Counted from the stretch's first letter, positions 8,454 to 17,947 are shown. The stretch: DNA of 64,000 bases from an uncultured Acidobacteriaceae bacterium (GCA_963771135.1 CAVYSC010000002.1:800685-864684), one strand, 5' to 3'. Numbers and translations are program-made. Notes: generated by a model from the letters alone, not told the origin.

Positions 8454-9336
8454 AACGCAATCCCTCGTCAAGCGCTACGGCCGCGTCGTCGCGCTCGACG
8501 GCCTTTCGCTGGCCGTCCCTCGCGGCGCCGTCTACGGCTTCCTCGGCCGCAACGGAGCAGGGAAGACCACCGCCATCCGCGTCCTCGCCGGCCTCGCCCG
8601 CCCGCAATCCGGCGAAGCCCGCGTGCTTGGCCTCGACCCACGGCAGGACCGCCTCGCCATCCTCAGCCGCACCGGCTTCGTCATCGAGAAGACGTTGCTT
8701 CCTGCCATGACCGGCAACGATCTCGTCCGCTACAACCGCGGCTTCTTTCCGTCCTGGTCCGACGCGCTCGCAAAGAAATACGCCGAAGCCCTCGAAGTCC
8801 CCATGGATCGCAGGTTCCGCAAGCTCTCGCACGGCAACCGCACCAAGCTCTGCCTGCTGCTCGCGCTCGCGCAGGGCGCGGAGCTGCTCGTTCTCGACGA
8901 GCCCACCCTCGGCCTCGATCCGGTCATCACCGACCAGCTGCTCCGCCTCCTCATCGACGACTTCGCCGCCTCCGGCCGCACGCTTCTCCTCTCCTCGCAC
9001 CATTTGTCAGAGGTCGAGAAGATCGCCGACTGGGTCGGCATCATCCATCGCGGACGCCTGCTGCTCGAAGCCCAGCTCGACGACATCCGCGCCAACTACG
9101 CCCGCGTCCGCGCTTCCGGCAGCGGTCTGCCGCGCACCGCTCCTGAAATTGTCACCGTGTCAGATACAGAAGGTGTTTCGGATTATGTCCTCCGCTCGGG
9201 TGCGGAAAGCTTTGCCGCCGAACTGCGCAGCCACGGCGCCGTTGTCCTCGACATCTCGCCCATGAACCTCTCGGAAATCTTTCTCACCCTCGTCGGAAAG
9301 GAGAATCACGATGCTGCTGTGGAAGTCCTGGCGTGA
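8434..9336 (+). CDS. ABC transporter ATP-binding protein
   Basis: Walker A GRNGAGKTT, signature LSHGNRTKL, Walker B LLVLDEPT. ATG 8434 overlaps the GntR gene by 20 nt. Confidence 0.9.
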   Translation: MTELVVETQSLVKRYGRVVALDGLSLAVPRGAVYGFLGRNGAGKTTAIRVLAGLARPQSGEARVLGLDPRQDRLAILSRTGFVIEKTLLPAMTGNDLVRYNRGFFPSWSDALAKKYAEALEVPMDRRFRKLSHGNRTKLCLLLALAQGAELLVLDEPTLGLDPVITDQLLRLLIDDFAASGRTLLLSSHHLSEVEKIADWVGIIHRGRLLLEAQLDDIRANYARVRASGSGLPRTAPEIVTVSDTEGVSDYVLRSGAESFAAELRSHGAVVLDISPMNLSEIFLTLVGKENHDAAVEVLA

Positions 9337-10120
9337 TCTTCGCATCGCTTTCTTGGTCGGACTCGGCTGGCTCGCCCTCCTCGCTGTTGGCGTGATCCAG
9401 TATGCGCTCAGGAGTCCGTCCGGCCCTCCAACCGCCGTCGCGAATGCGGGCCAGACAGTCGCGGTCCTGATGGTCTTCGTCCTCATGCAGACCGTGGTCT
9501 TCACCCTCATCGCCTGGGCCATGGGAACCTTCGGCATCGGCCGCGACATCGGCGCGGGCTCCGGCTCGTTCGTTCTCTCGCGCCCTGTCCCGCGCGGCTA
9601 TTTTGTCTGGACCGAATGGGCCTCCGGCCTCATCGCCCTCGGTGTGCTGCTCCTGCTGTCGGCGCTGGGACTATGGCTCGCCGTCCGTTTCCACGCCATC
9701 CAGATCACCACCTCCACCAGCACGTCCACCGGCACGGGCGTCACCGCTACCCTTCAAACCTCGAGTCTCGCCTCGCTTCCCGTCGGCCCCGCCGCCCTTC
9801 AGGTTCTCTGCGCGTTCCTCTTCCTCGCGCTCGTCTTCGGCGTCACGCACCTGGGCACCGTCGCCTTCCGCCACTCCACTGCCGGGCTCCTCTTCAGCCT
9901 TAGCTTCTTCGTCGGCTGGCTCATCATCACCACGATCCTTGGTCACGAATACCCACGGATCGCCCCACACATCCCCGATCTGCTCCTGCGCCCCTTCGGT
10001 GGCGACCCGGAGCAAATGCAGCTCGTTCCGCATCTCACCGCATCGCTCCTCATCCGCATCGCCATCCTCCCGCTCTTCCCGCTGCTCGCGCACTTCTTGC
10101 TGCGCCGCACCGAGGTGTAG
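9311..10120 (+). CDS. multi-pass membrane protein, probable ABC-2-type permease partner
   Basis: Six or so hydrophobic segments. Overlaps the ATPase gene by 26 nt, in the classic GntR-ATPase-permease order. No sequence family recognised with certainty. Confidence 0.6.
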   Translation: MLLWKSWRDLRIAFLVGLGWLALLAVGVIQYALRSPSGPPTAVANAGQTVAVLMVFVLMQTVVFTLIAWAMGTFGIGRDIGAGSGSFVLSRPVPRGYFVWTEWASGLIALGVLLLLSALGLWLAVRFHAIQITTSTSTSTGTGVTATLQTSSLASLPVGPAALQVLCAFLFLALVFGVTHLGTVAFRHSTAGLLFSLSFFVGWLIITTILGHEYPRIAPHIPDLLLRPFGGDPEQMQLVPHLTASLLIRIAILPLFPLLAHFLLRRTEV

Positions 10121-10186
10121 CCGCTGGAAGCTGGCTGCTGGCTACCGACTACTGGCATCTGGCTGCTGGTGGCTGAATCTCTGATA
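10117..10186. repeat. heptanucleotide tandem array (10 units)
   Basis: gtagccg ctggaag ctggctg ctggcta ccgacta ctggcat ctggctg ctggtgg ctgaatc tctgata. Starts at the permease stop codon. Confidence 0.8.
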
Positions 10187-10207
10187 TTCTGAATATCGGA
10201 GATTCAG
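10173..10207. promoter_or_regulatory. 35-bp nested palindrome covering the SD of the AbrB-type antitoxin (candidate TA operator or SD-sequestering hairpin)
   Basis: ctgaatctc-t-gatattc-t-gaatatc-g-gagattcag. All three arm pairs are perfectly complementary. It ends 2 nt before ATG 10210 and includes GGAG. Confidence 0.4.
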
Positions 10208-10209
10208 CC

Positions 10210-10596
10210 ATGGAAACCACCCGCATCGGCAAGCGCGGAACCCTCGTCATTCCCGTCAAGCTGCGCCAGCGGTTCGCCCTGCAGGAGGGCGACCTCCTCG
10301 TCACCGAAGAGCGCGAGGACGGAATCCTGCTGCGCCCAGCTATCGCCGTTCCCGTCGAAATCTATACCCCCGAACGCAAAGCCGAGTTCCTCCTCAACAA
10401 CGCCGTCACCCAGGAGGATTACGACGACTCCTGCCGCATCATCCGCGATGATTTCGGCCTCAATCCCGCCGAAATCCCCCACACCGACCCCAGAATGCGC
10501 GCCAGGCTCCCCTCAAATGCCGAATTCGATAAGAGAATGAGCCGGACAAACCGCCGCATCGGAAAAGAGCAAGGCTTGCGGCGAAAGCATGCCTGA
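10210..10596 (+). CDS. AbrB/MazE/SpoVT-family antitoxin with extended C-terminal region
   Basis: METTRIGKRGTLVIPVKLRQRFALQEGDLLVTEEREDGILLRPA (swapped-hairpin AbrB fold motif). Overlaps the PIN gene by 8 nt. Confidence 0.8.
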   Translation: METTRIGKRGTLVIPVKLRQRFALQEGDLLVTEEREDGILLRPAIAVPVEIYTPERKAEFLLNNAVTQEDYDDSCRIIRDDFGLNPAEIPHTDPRMRARLPSNAEFDKRMSRTNRRIGKEQGLRRKHA

Positions 10597-11020
10597 CCTC
10601 CTGCGTGTTTTCCTCGATGCAAACATCCTTTTTTCGGCAGCATTGAAGCCAGAGAGCCGGTTCCTGGATTTCTGGAAAATGCGCAATCTGGTCCCGCTTA
10701 CTTCCATGTATGCGGCCGACGAGGCACGGCGAAACTGCGTCAACGATGCGCACGCGAGCCGGCTGGTCGCTCTGCTGGAACAGACCCATTTTGTTTCCGA
10801 TGTGCCCGGTGCGCTGCTTCCGGCACAGATCAGGCTACCCGCCAAAGATGCGCCCGTCCTCGCTGCGGCCATGCACGCCGGAGCGGATTACCTGATTACC
10901 GGCGACCGTCACCATTTCCAACGCTGGATGAACCTCCGCATCCCAACCGCCGTCGGTGTGATCGTTATCCAGGAGCCCTCGCAGTTTCTCGATGAGCACC
11001 TGGATCGCCTGGAGAAATGA
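10589..11020 (+). CDS. PIN-domain toxin
   Basis: VFLDANILFSAAL near the N-terminus and LITGDRHHF near the C-terminus, placing the acidic residues as expected for a PIN domain. Confidence 0.8.
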   Translation: MPDLLRVFLDANILFSAALKPESRFLDFWKMRNLVPLTSMYAADEARRNCVNDAHASRLVALLEQTHFVSDVPGALLPAQIRLPAKDAPVLAAAMHAGADYLITGDRHHFQRWMNLRIPTAVGVIVIQEPSQFLDEHLDRLEK

Positions 11021-11039
11021 AAGCCGTCGCGCCCAGCGT

Positions 11040-11095
11040 CTGATGGCTGGCCGCCGGCTACTGGCCCCGGGCTACCGGCTACTGTCTCCTGTCCC
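11040..11095. repeat. heptanucleotide tandem array (8 units)
   Basis: ctgatgg ctggccg ccggcta ctggccc cgggcta ccggcta ctgtctc ctgtccc. The last codons and the stop of murC (minus strand) lie inside it. Confidence 0.8.
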
Positions 11096-12485
11096 CAATC
11101 TCTCCACCACCACCGGCGCCAAATGCGACACATTCCCCGCGCCCAGCGTCAGGATCGCGTCACCCTCGCGCGCTCGCCCCGTCGCCCGCGCAATCGCTTC
11201 GTCCGGCGTCTTCGCGTACTCCACGCGATCGTCGCCGCGCGACTTGCGGATGGCCTTCACCAGCGCCTGGGCGGTCACGCCCGCGATGGGCTCCTCGCTC
11301 GCCGCGTAAATGTCCAGCACCTCCACCGACGCCGCGTCATCGAACGCGCGCCGCGAACTCGTCCATCAGGTCGCGCGTGCGCGTGTAGCGATGCGGCTGG
11401 AAGATCACGTGCACCGCGCCGAAGCCGCACTCCTTCGCCGCGCGCAGCGTCGCTCGAATCTCCGTCGGATGGTGCCCGTAGTCGTCCACCACCGTCACGC
11501 CGCGCACGCAGCCCTTGGTCTGGAACCGCCGGTCCACGCCGCGAAACGCCGCCAGCCCCGCCGCAATCGCCTCCGGCTGGATCTCCAGTTGCGCCGCAAT
11601 CGCCACCGCCGCCGTGGCATTCAGCACGTTGTGCATCCCCGGCACGTGCAGCTCCAGCGGCCCATACACTTGCCCATTTGCCGCCACTTCAAACCGCGAT
11701 CGGCATTTCGGTTCGCCGCACTTTGCCTCTCCGGTGCCGGGCAGCAGCCGCACCACAAAATCCGCCTGCGGCGACGTCCCGTACGTGAACACCCGCCGCC
11801 GCACGCGCGGCAAAATCGCCGCCAGCCGCGCGTCGTCCACGCACGCCACGCATGCCCCGTAGAACGGCACCTTGTCCATGAACTCCACGAACGCGCTTTC
11901 CACGTCGGCCATGTCGCGGTAACAGTCCATGTGCTCGCGGTCCAGATTCGTCACCACCGCCAGAATCGGCGACAGCCGCAGGAACGACCGGTCGCTCTCG
12001 TCCGCCTCCGCCACCAGATATTGCGACTGCCCCAGCCGCGCGTTCGACCCGATCGCATCCACGCGCCCGCCCACCACCACCGTCGGATCCAGTCCGCCCG
12101 CGGTCAGCACCTGTGCCACCATCGAGGTCGTCGTGGTTTTCCCATGCATCCCGGCGACGGCGATCCCGTACTTCAGCCGCATCAGCTCGGCCAGCATTTC
12201 CGCGCGCTGGATCACCGGAATCTTCCGCGCGCGCGCCTCCGCCAATTCCGGATTGTCCGCGTGCACGGCCGAGCTCATCACCACCACGCCCGCGCCCACC
12301 ACGTTGGCCGCCGCGTGTCCCTCGAAGACGGTCGCGCCCAGCTCCGTCAGCCGCTCCGTCACCGGCGATCGCTTCAGGTCCGACCCGCTCACCGGATACT
12401 GCAGGCTCAGCAGGATCTCCGCGATCCCGCTCATCCCAATCCCGCCGATCCCGATAAAGTGAACCCGCTGCGCCTTCGCGAACAT
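11072..12485 (-). CDS. murC: UDP-N-acetylmuramate--L-alanine ligase, interrupted by one apparent +1 frameshift near 11345
   Basis: [26 protein letters not shown]...[14 protein letters not shown]...[18 protein letters not shown] (ORF 11337..13088 frame). Continues in another frame as [22 protein letters not shown]...(ORF 11072..11326). Removing one G from gcggcgcgcg restores EFAARFDDAAS. Confidence 0.9.
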
Positions 12486-12560
12486 ATAAGAAGTAAAACA
12501 GAATTCTGGAAATAGAAGTAAAGCAGAATTCTGGAAATAGAAGTAAGACAGATTCTCCGT
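12486..12560. repeat. AT-rich 25/26-bp tandem repeat, 2.9 copies, directly upstream of the murC start
   Basis: ataagaagtaaaacagaattctggaa / atagaagtaaagcagaattctggaa / atagaagtaagacagattctccgt. Each full copy carries a GAATTC palindrome. Confidence 0.75.
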
Positions 12561-12585
12561 ATCCTCTGTGTCCTCTGTGGTGAAA
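12555..12585. repeat. 31-nt dispersed motif (copy 1 of 2)
   Basis: ctccgtatcctctgtgtcctctgtggtgaaa, compared with ctccgtgtcctctgtgctctccgtggtgaaa at 17846-17876. Confidence 0.6.
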
Positions 12586-12595
12586 CTAGCTCGAG

Positions 12596-13930
12596 CTACT
12601 GAAACCCCGCCAGCTCCATGGCCTGCGCGCACGCCGGAATGCTCATGAACGTTTTCCAGATCAGCCCCGTCCGCACATTCTCCGCCATCAGCACTGAAAT
12701 CCCCTGATCGATCCCCAGCACATACGGGCAATACCAGTTTGCCGACGGATGAAACGCGTCCACAAAGCCGTATCGCCCCCACGCCGCGCCCCAGTTCGTC
12801 TTCAGCGCTTCCAGCATCGCCAGGCACTGATTCGGCAGAAACACCAGCGAGCCCGCCGCCGCGCACGGCACCACCGTCCCGTCGATCGGGCCGAAGGCCG
12901 GAGGGCCGCCCCACGCGGTATACCCGCCCACATAATCCGACGACGTGATCCCCCAGTACTCTTCGCTGTACCAGGCGCCCTGCACCGACGGATACGCCAG
13001 GCAGAACGTCTCGTGCGCCTGCGTCGCCGCGATGGAGTTGTTGAAGTAGTTCGCGTACGCGTCCTGCTTGTTCCGGAAGTCGAACCACGCGTGCGAATAC
13101 TGATGCACAAACAGCGGATCGCTGCCGCTGCTGATGTAGCTGTATCCCTCATACTCGAGCGTCGGCCGCGCAAAGGCCTCCCAGCAACTGGGGGCAATGG
13201 GATACGTGGGCGAGCCCATCGCCAGCAGGTACAGCATCATCAGCTCGCAGTAGGTGTCGTATCGCGTCGGTGTGAAGCCGTTCACCGGATCCCACGCCTG
13301 CGCGAAGGTGCTGGCGCCGTTCAGCATCCATGGCCAGTTCACGCGTTGGTATAGCTGGTCTGCCAGCGACGCCACCGTCGGATCGCCCAGCCAGGCGCTC
13401 GCCGCCAGCACCCCGCACAGGAAGATCGCCATGTCCATCGACGACACGTTGGCGCCCGCCAGCGGCTGCCCTGTATTCACATCGTTGAAGTGGTACAGAA
13501 AGCCGTTCCGCTCCGGCATCTGGTTCAGGTGGAAACTCAGCGTCGTCTGCACCCGCTCCAGAATCTGATCGTGCGGCTGATACCCGCGGCTGTCCGCCAC
13601 GCACAGCGCCGTCAGCCCAAAGCCCGTCGCTGCAATGCTCGACTCCGTGCTGCTCGTATCGAACGCCCCGCCCAGATTGTTCCCGGCGTGGTCCAGCACC
13701 TGTCCGTTGTTGGGATTCGCCTGCTCCCAGAAGTAAAGGCAGCCCTGTTGCTCCATCGCATCCAGGAACGCGTTATCCGCCGCGCTCGGCGCAAAGGTCC
13801 CCACCGGCAGGCTCGGCGGCCATTCCTGGCTCTGCGTTCCTCTGCTGCTTCCTCCGCCGCATCCGCTCGCGGAAAGCAGCGCATATCCCGCGGCGCCGGC
13901 CGTCGTGCGCAGCATCGCACGCCGGCTCAT
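12596..13930 (-). CDS. glucoamylase-family (PF10091/GH144-like, putative beta-1,2-glucanase) exported protein
   Basis: Tat/lipoprotein-like leader [26 protein letters not shown]. Motifs [48 protein letters not shown]. Family assignment is from memory of these motifs. Confidence 0.6.
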   Translation of the reverse strand: MSRRAMLRTTAGAAGYALLSASGCGGGSSRGTQSQEWPPSLPVGTFAPSAADNAFLDAMEQQGCLYFWEQANPNNGQVLDHAGNNLGGAFDTSSTESSIAATGFGLTALCVADSRGYQPHDQILERVQTTLSFHLNQMPERNGFLYHFNDVNTGQPLAGANVSSMDMAIFLCGVLAASAWLGDPTVASLADQLYQRVNWPWMLNGASTFAQAWDPVNGFTPTRYDTYCELMMLYLLAMGSPTYPIAPSCWEAFARPTLEYEGYSYISSGSDPLFVHQYSHAWFDFRNKQDAYANYFNNSIAATQAHETFCLAYPSVQGAWYSEEYWGITSSDYVGGYTAWGGPPAFGPIDGTVVPCAAAGSLVFLPNQCLAMLEALKTNWGAAWGRYGFVDAFHPSANWYCPYVLGIDQGISVLMAENVRTGLIWKTFMSIPACAQAMELAGFQ

Positions 13931-14020
13931 CGGGCGAAAAGCAAATCCAGCGAAGCGGGTCCGGGTCACTGCACCGCCTCCGTTTCGCGGTGCCCTCATC
14001 ATAAATCCGCGCTGCGCGCT

Positions 14021-14596
14021 TCACTGGACCGTCGTCACCTCGGCGGCGGTTGTCGGCATCTCCAGCGGCTTCTGGTTCATGAAGTCCACCGACACGGTGA
14101 AGCTTTGCCGCTCGTCCCAATCCTGTTTGCTCACGGTGAAATGGAAGATCATCTGCCCGTCGATCTCCTGTCCAGGCTGCAGCGTGATGTCCCGGCGCAC
14201 CGGCGTCTTCTTCGCGCTCGCCAGCTTCGGATACGCGACGAAGACCTTCCCGAAATCCGACTCACCCGCCGCCAGGCTTCGCAGCGTTTTGCCGTCGTGC
14301 AGCGTCAGGTCTCCCCACATTTCATGCAGATACAGCGGCAGCTTGGTCGTGCTCCTGATCTTCACGTCGGCCAGCACGATCACCTCGTCGTACGTATTCG
14401 GCCCGCCATCCACCTGGCCCAGGCCGCCTCCCGTCGACAGCTCCCGGTGGATCGGATACACCGTCATCGACACCACCTGCCCCGCGTGTACCGGTCCTTT
14501 GTAGGTGGCCCACACGTAGCCGGCCACGATCCCCCCCACGACCACCACAGCGATCAGCACCGCGACCGCCTGATTCAGTCCGCTCCGCTCCTGCAT
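14021..14596 (-). CDS. hypothetical membrane-anchored protein
   Basis: Single N-terminal TM (AVAVLIAVVVVGGIVAGYVWA) followed by a beta-rich domain. Tightly spaced with the flanking minus-strand genes. Confidence 0.5.
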   Translation of the reverse strand: MQERSGLNQAVAVLIAVVVVGGIVAGYVWATYKGPVHAGQVVSMTVYPIHRELSTGGGLGQVDGGPNTYDEVIVLADVKIRSTTKLPLYLHEMWGDLTLHDGKTLRSLAAGESDFGKVFVAYPKLASAKKTPVRRDITLQPGQEIDGQMIFHFTVSKQDWDERQSFTVSVDFMNQKPLEMPTTAAEVTTVQ

Positions 14597-14624
14597 CTCG
14601 TTCTCGCCTTTCTCGAATTCCGCG

Positions 14625-16370
14625 TTATGCCGGCCGTGGCCTGAGCGCGCTCAGAAACTCCCGCGCCCCCAGCGTATTCAGCACATCCTGCTTCTCCAGC
14701 CAGGCCCGCCGCAGTTGCCGCACCCCGTACCGCATCTTGCTGAGGTGACTCGTATGATGCGAATCCGTGTTCACCGTGATCCGGCAGCCCAGCTCTTTCG
14801 CCAGCCGCAGATCCCGGTCGCACAGGTCCAGCCGGTCGGGATACGCATTGTGCTCCACGGCCACGCCCAGTTCCGCCGCCCGCCGCAGCACTGCCGCCAG
14901 ATCGATCGCGAACGGCTCGCGGCGCAGCAGCAGCCGCCCCGTGGGATGCCCCAAAATCCGCAGATATGGATTCTCGATCGCCCGCAGCACCCGCTCCGTC
15001 ATCTGCGCCTCCGGCTGGTTGAACAGCGAGTGGACGCTCCCGATCACCACATCCATCTGCGCCAGCACGTCGTCGGACAAATCCAGCGCGCCATCGCCCA
15101 GAATGTCCACTTCAATCCCCGCGAAGACGCGAATCTTTCCCTCCATCTCCGCGTCCACTTCCTTGATCCGCTTCACATGCTCCAGCGCCCGCTTGTCATC
15201 GAGGCCATTCGTCATCGCCAGGTTTTTTGAGTGGTCCGTGATCGCGATGTATGCGTAGCCGCGCTCCAGTCCCGCCTCGGCCATCTCGCGGATCGAGTTC
15301 TTCCCATCCGTCGCATGCGTGTGCATGTGCACGTCCCCGCGGATGTCGCTCTCCTCAATCAGCGTTGGCAGCCGATGCTGTTCCGCCGCCTCAATCTCGC
15401 CGTTGTTCTCGCGCAGCTCCGGCGGAATCCAGTCCATCCCCAGCGCCGCGTAAATCTCTTCTTCCGTCGCGCCCGCCACAAACGCGCCATCGTCCACGCG
15501 CGCCAGCGCGTACTCGCTCAGCGTGTAGCCGCGTTTCAACGCCCGCTGCCGCACGCTCACGTTGTGCATCTTCGATCCTGTGAAATACTGCAGCGCCGCC
15601 CCGTACGAGCCTTCCGGCAGCAGACGCACATCCACCTGCAGCCCGCTCCGCAGCCGGAAGCTCACCTTATTCTGTCCCTTGGCCAGCATCGTCGTCGCCG
15701 GCGGATACGCCGCCACATGCTCCACCGCCGCGCTCACGCAATCCTCCGCGCACGCCGGCCCCGTCGCCAGAATGTCCAGGTCGCCCACCGTGTCGCGCCC
15801 GCGCCGCAGCGACCCCGCCGGCAAAATCGTCGTGAACCCCGGAAACTCCCGCAGATACGCGATCAGCTTCTCCGCCGCCGTCTCCGCCACGTCGATCAGG
15901 AACCGCCCGCTGTTCTGCTTGTAGTCCTCAATGCCCTTGCGCAGCTTCTCCACCAGCTTGTCGCCGAAGCGCGGCAGCCCCGCCAGCCGTCCCTCGGCAA
16001 TGGCCTTTTCCAGCTCTTCCACGCTGCCCACTTGCAAAGCGTCCCACAGCAGCGCCACCGTCTTTGGACCCATCCCCGGCAGCCGCAGCAGCTCCAGCAT
16101 CGTCGGCTTGTATTTCGCCAGCAGCTCTTCGCGCAGCGGCAGCGTGCCTGCGTGCTCGATTTCCCGGATATTCGCCGCCATCCCCTTGCCGATGCCGGGA
16201 ATCTCCTGCAATTTTTTTGGATCGTCCGCGATCGTGCTCAACTGGAGCGTCGACGACTCGACGGCCTCGGCGGCCCGCCGGTACGAGCGAATGCGGAAGG
16301 GATCGCCGCCGCCGATCTCCAGCAGGTCCGCCGTCTCCGCCAGCAACTGCGCCATGGACCGGTTATCCAT
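14625..16370 (-). CDS. polX: family X DNA polymerase with C-terminal PHP domain
   Basis: N-terminal MDNRSMAQLLAETADLLEIGGGDPFRIRSYRRAA, HhH GIGKGMA, Pol-beta core GSLRRGRDTVGDLDIL, PHP GDVHMHTHATDG...ITDHS. Confidence 0.9.
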   Translation of the reverse strand: MDNRSMAQLLAETADLLEIGGGDPFRIRSYRRAAEAVESSTLQLSTIADDPKKLQEIPGIGKGMAANIREIEHAGTLPLREELLAKYKPTMLELLRLPGMGPKTVALLWDALQVGSVEELEKAIAEGRLAGLPRFGDKLVEKLRKGIEDYKQNSGRFLIDVAETAAEKLIAYLREFPGFTTILPAGSLRRGRDTVGDLDILATGPACAEDCVSAAVEHVAAYPPATTMLAKGQNKVSFRLRSGLQVDVRLLPEGSYGAALQYFTGSKMHNVSVRQRALKRGYTLSEYALARVDDGAFVAGATEEEIYAALGMDWIPPELRENNGEIEAAEQHRLPTLIEESDIRGDVHMHTHATDGKNSIREMAEAGLERGYAYIAITDHSKNLAMTNGLDDKRALEHVKRIKEVDAEMEGKIRVFAGIEVDILGDGALDLSDDVLAQMDVVIGSVHSLFNQPEAQMTERVLRAIENPYLRILGHPTGRLLLRREPFAIDLAAVLRRAAELGVAVEHNAYPDRLDLCDRDLRLAKELGCRITVNTDSHHTSHLSKMRYGVRQLRRAWLEKQDVLNTLGAREFLSALRPRPA

Positions 16371-16509
16371 CGCAGTCGATTACACCATGCGGGAAGAAGG
16401 GAATCCAGGCACGCCGCACCGATGGGGCGTGTCTGCAGGCACGTCTGGGAGAAACTGCGTCGGCTGTTGAGGAAACGCGGATAAAAATTAGGATTGCGGG
16501 TGTTGCCGC

Positions 16510-16734
16510 TTACGCTACTTCTCGGGCGCGTACCACCTGATCCGCTTGTGGACCCTTTTGTCCCTGGATAATGTCGAACTCCACGTCGTCGCCTTCTTTC
16601 AGGCTCTTGTATCCATCCACCTGGATCGCGCTGTAGTGGACAAACACATCGGGTCCATCGTCACGGCCGATGAATCCATATCCCTTCGCGTTGTTGAACC
16701 ACTTCACCTTACCCTTGTACTGAGCCACAAACAC
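16510..16734 (-). CDS. cold-shock protein (CspA family)
   Basis: [31 protein letters not shown] (RNP1/RNP2). Start is GTG 16734 or GTG 16728; the latter has better SD spacing. Confidence 0.9.
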   Translation of the reverse strand: MFVAQYKGKVKWFNNAKGYGFIGRDDGPDVFVHYSAIQVDGYKSLKEGDDVEFDIIQGQKGPQADQVVRAREVA

Positions 16735-16850
16735 GAACCTCTCTCGCGCAGATCAGGTGGGGGGTTCCCAACCTGTAACCCATAGAGACGCTGCCCTTGT
16801 CTCTTTGGTTTGCTGCGCTGCCTCCGAATCCCGCTGGGAACCCACGAAGC

Positions 16851-17025
16851 CGGGTGCCCCACATCTGCCTGACGTTGGCAGATGTGGGAGAGCATGACCT
16901 CCTGCAGCCTGCTGCGGCACCATTTCGCGGGCGCACACCCCAACGCGCCGGAGGCGCAACGCTGATTAGCCCAGCACTTCAGTGCTGGGAAAGCGGAGAA
17001 AAAAAAGGGAGTCCCGGAGGGAGGA
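16851..17025. repeat. composite ~175-bp two-hairpin intergenic element, copy A
   Basis: cgggtgccccacatctgcc-tgacgtt-ggcagatgtgggag (12-bp perfect stem), then ggcgcaacgctgattagcccagcacttcagtgctgggaaagc (8-bp stem), then gagtcccggaggga. Same order and orientation as 28790-28940. Confidence 0.75.
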
Positions 17026-17044
17026 CGCAAGGCCAGGCGGGGGT

Positions 17045-17689
17045 TCACCCCCGCTTCCCCAGCCGCCTCGCATAACTCAGCACCGCGATGATCGTTTTCC
17101 CGTCCTGCATCTTCCCCGCATCGATCACCCGCAGCACCTCCTTCAGCGGAACCATCTGCAGCTCCAGCCACTCGTCGTCATCCGGGCTCGTCTTGCCCGG
17201 CGTCAGGCCCTCCGCCAGAAACACCTGCATCCACTCGCCCAAAAATCCCGGGCTGGGATAATACTTCGCCAGCTTCGACCACTTCTTCGCCGTGTACCCG
17301 GTCTCTTCCTGGAGCTCCCGCTTCGCCCCCGCCAGGCGATCCTCGTTCGCCTCCAGTTTGCCCGCGGGAATCTCGTACAGATATTGCTGCGCCGCGTGCC
17401 GGTATTGCCGCTCAATCAGCACCAGCGGATTCTTCCTGCTCTTCCGTCCATCCACCGCCAGAATCACCGTCGACCCGCCGTGCCGCACCACTTCGCGCAT
17501 GGCCTCCTTGCCGTTCCCTTCGCGAATCTCCTCTGCGATCACGCGGAACAGCTTCCCGTCGTACGCCACGCGCGACGACAGCACCTTCGCCGGCTTCCCC
17601 GGATCGATCTTCAGTTTCTTCCGCACCGGCACCGCATGCGCTTCTTTTTTCCCGGACTTCTTCGCGTCTTTCTTCTTCTTTTTCCCCAT
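17045..17689 (-). CDS. NUDIX hydrolase (ADP-ribose pyrophosphatase-like)
   Basis: Nudix box GKLEANEDRLAGAKRELQEETGY. Lys-rich N-terminal tail. Confidence 0.85.
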   Translation of the reverse strand: MGKKKKKDAKKSGKKEAHAVPVRKKLKIDPGKPAKVLSSRVAYDGKLFRVIAEEIREGNGKEAMREVVRHGGSTVILAVDGRKSRKNPLVLIERQYRHAAQQYLYEIPAGKLEANEDRLAGAKRELQEETGYTAKKWSKLAKYYPSPGFLGEWMQVFLAEGLTPGKTSPDDDEWLELQMVPLKEVLRVIDAGKMQDGKTIIAVLSYARRLGKRG

Positions 17690-17725
17690 CGCTCCCTCGC
17701 AGTTCCTACCCTACCATTCAACTCG

Positions 17726-17802
17726 GTCATCCCGAGTGCCGCACTGTGGGGCCCCGTCGCGTTGGTCGCGATGGGGCAAGCGGCGCGAGGGACCTGCTTT
17801 CC
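17726..17802. repeat. dispersed intergenic element related to 4660-4720
   Basis: gtcatcccgag...ccccgtcgcg-ttgg-tcgcgatgggg...cgagggacctgctttcc, compared with gtcatcctgag...hairpin...cgaaggacctgcatttc. Confidence 0.45.
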
Positions 17803-17845
17803 AAAACCTCCCGGCTCGACCGCTCACCTGCGCTCCCCAACACAT

Positions 17846-17876
17846 CTCCGTGTCCTCTGTGCTCTCCGTGGTGAAA
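17846..17876. repeat. 31-nt dispersed motif (copy 2 of 2)
   Basis: ctccgtgtcctctgtgctctccgtggtgaaa. See 12555-12585. Confidence 0.6.
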
Positions 17877-17947
17877 GGCTCTGAATCCCCACCCCGCTCC
17901 CCCGCATCCGAAATCCATCCGATCTCCCGTGAGAGACTAAACCACGA

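Noticed and set aside
16704-17171. ORFs 16704..17171(-), 16797..17075(+), 16709..16936(-), 28751..28987(-) and 28772..28993(+).
   Set aside because: They are encoded entirely by the two copies of the composite repeat element. Their similarity is explained at the DNA level by the hairpin modules, not by protein conservation.
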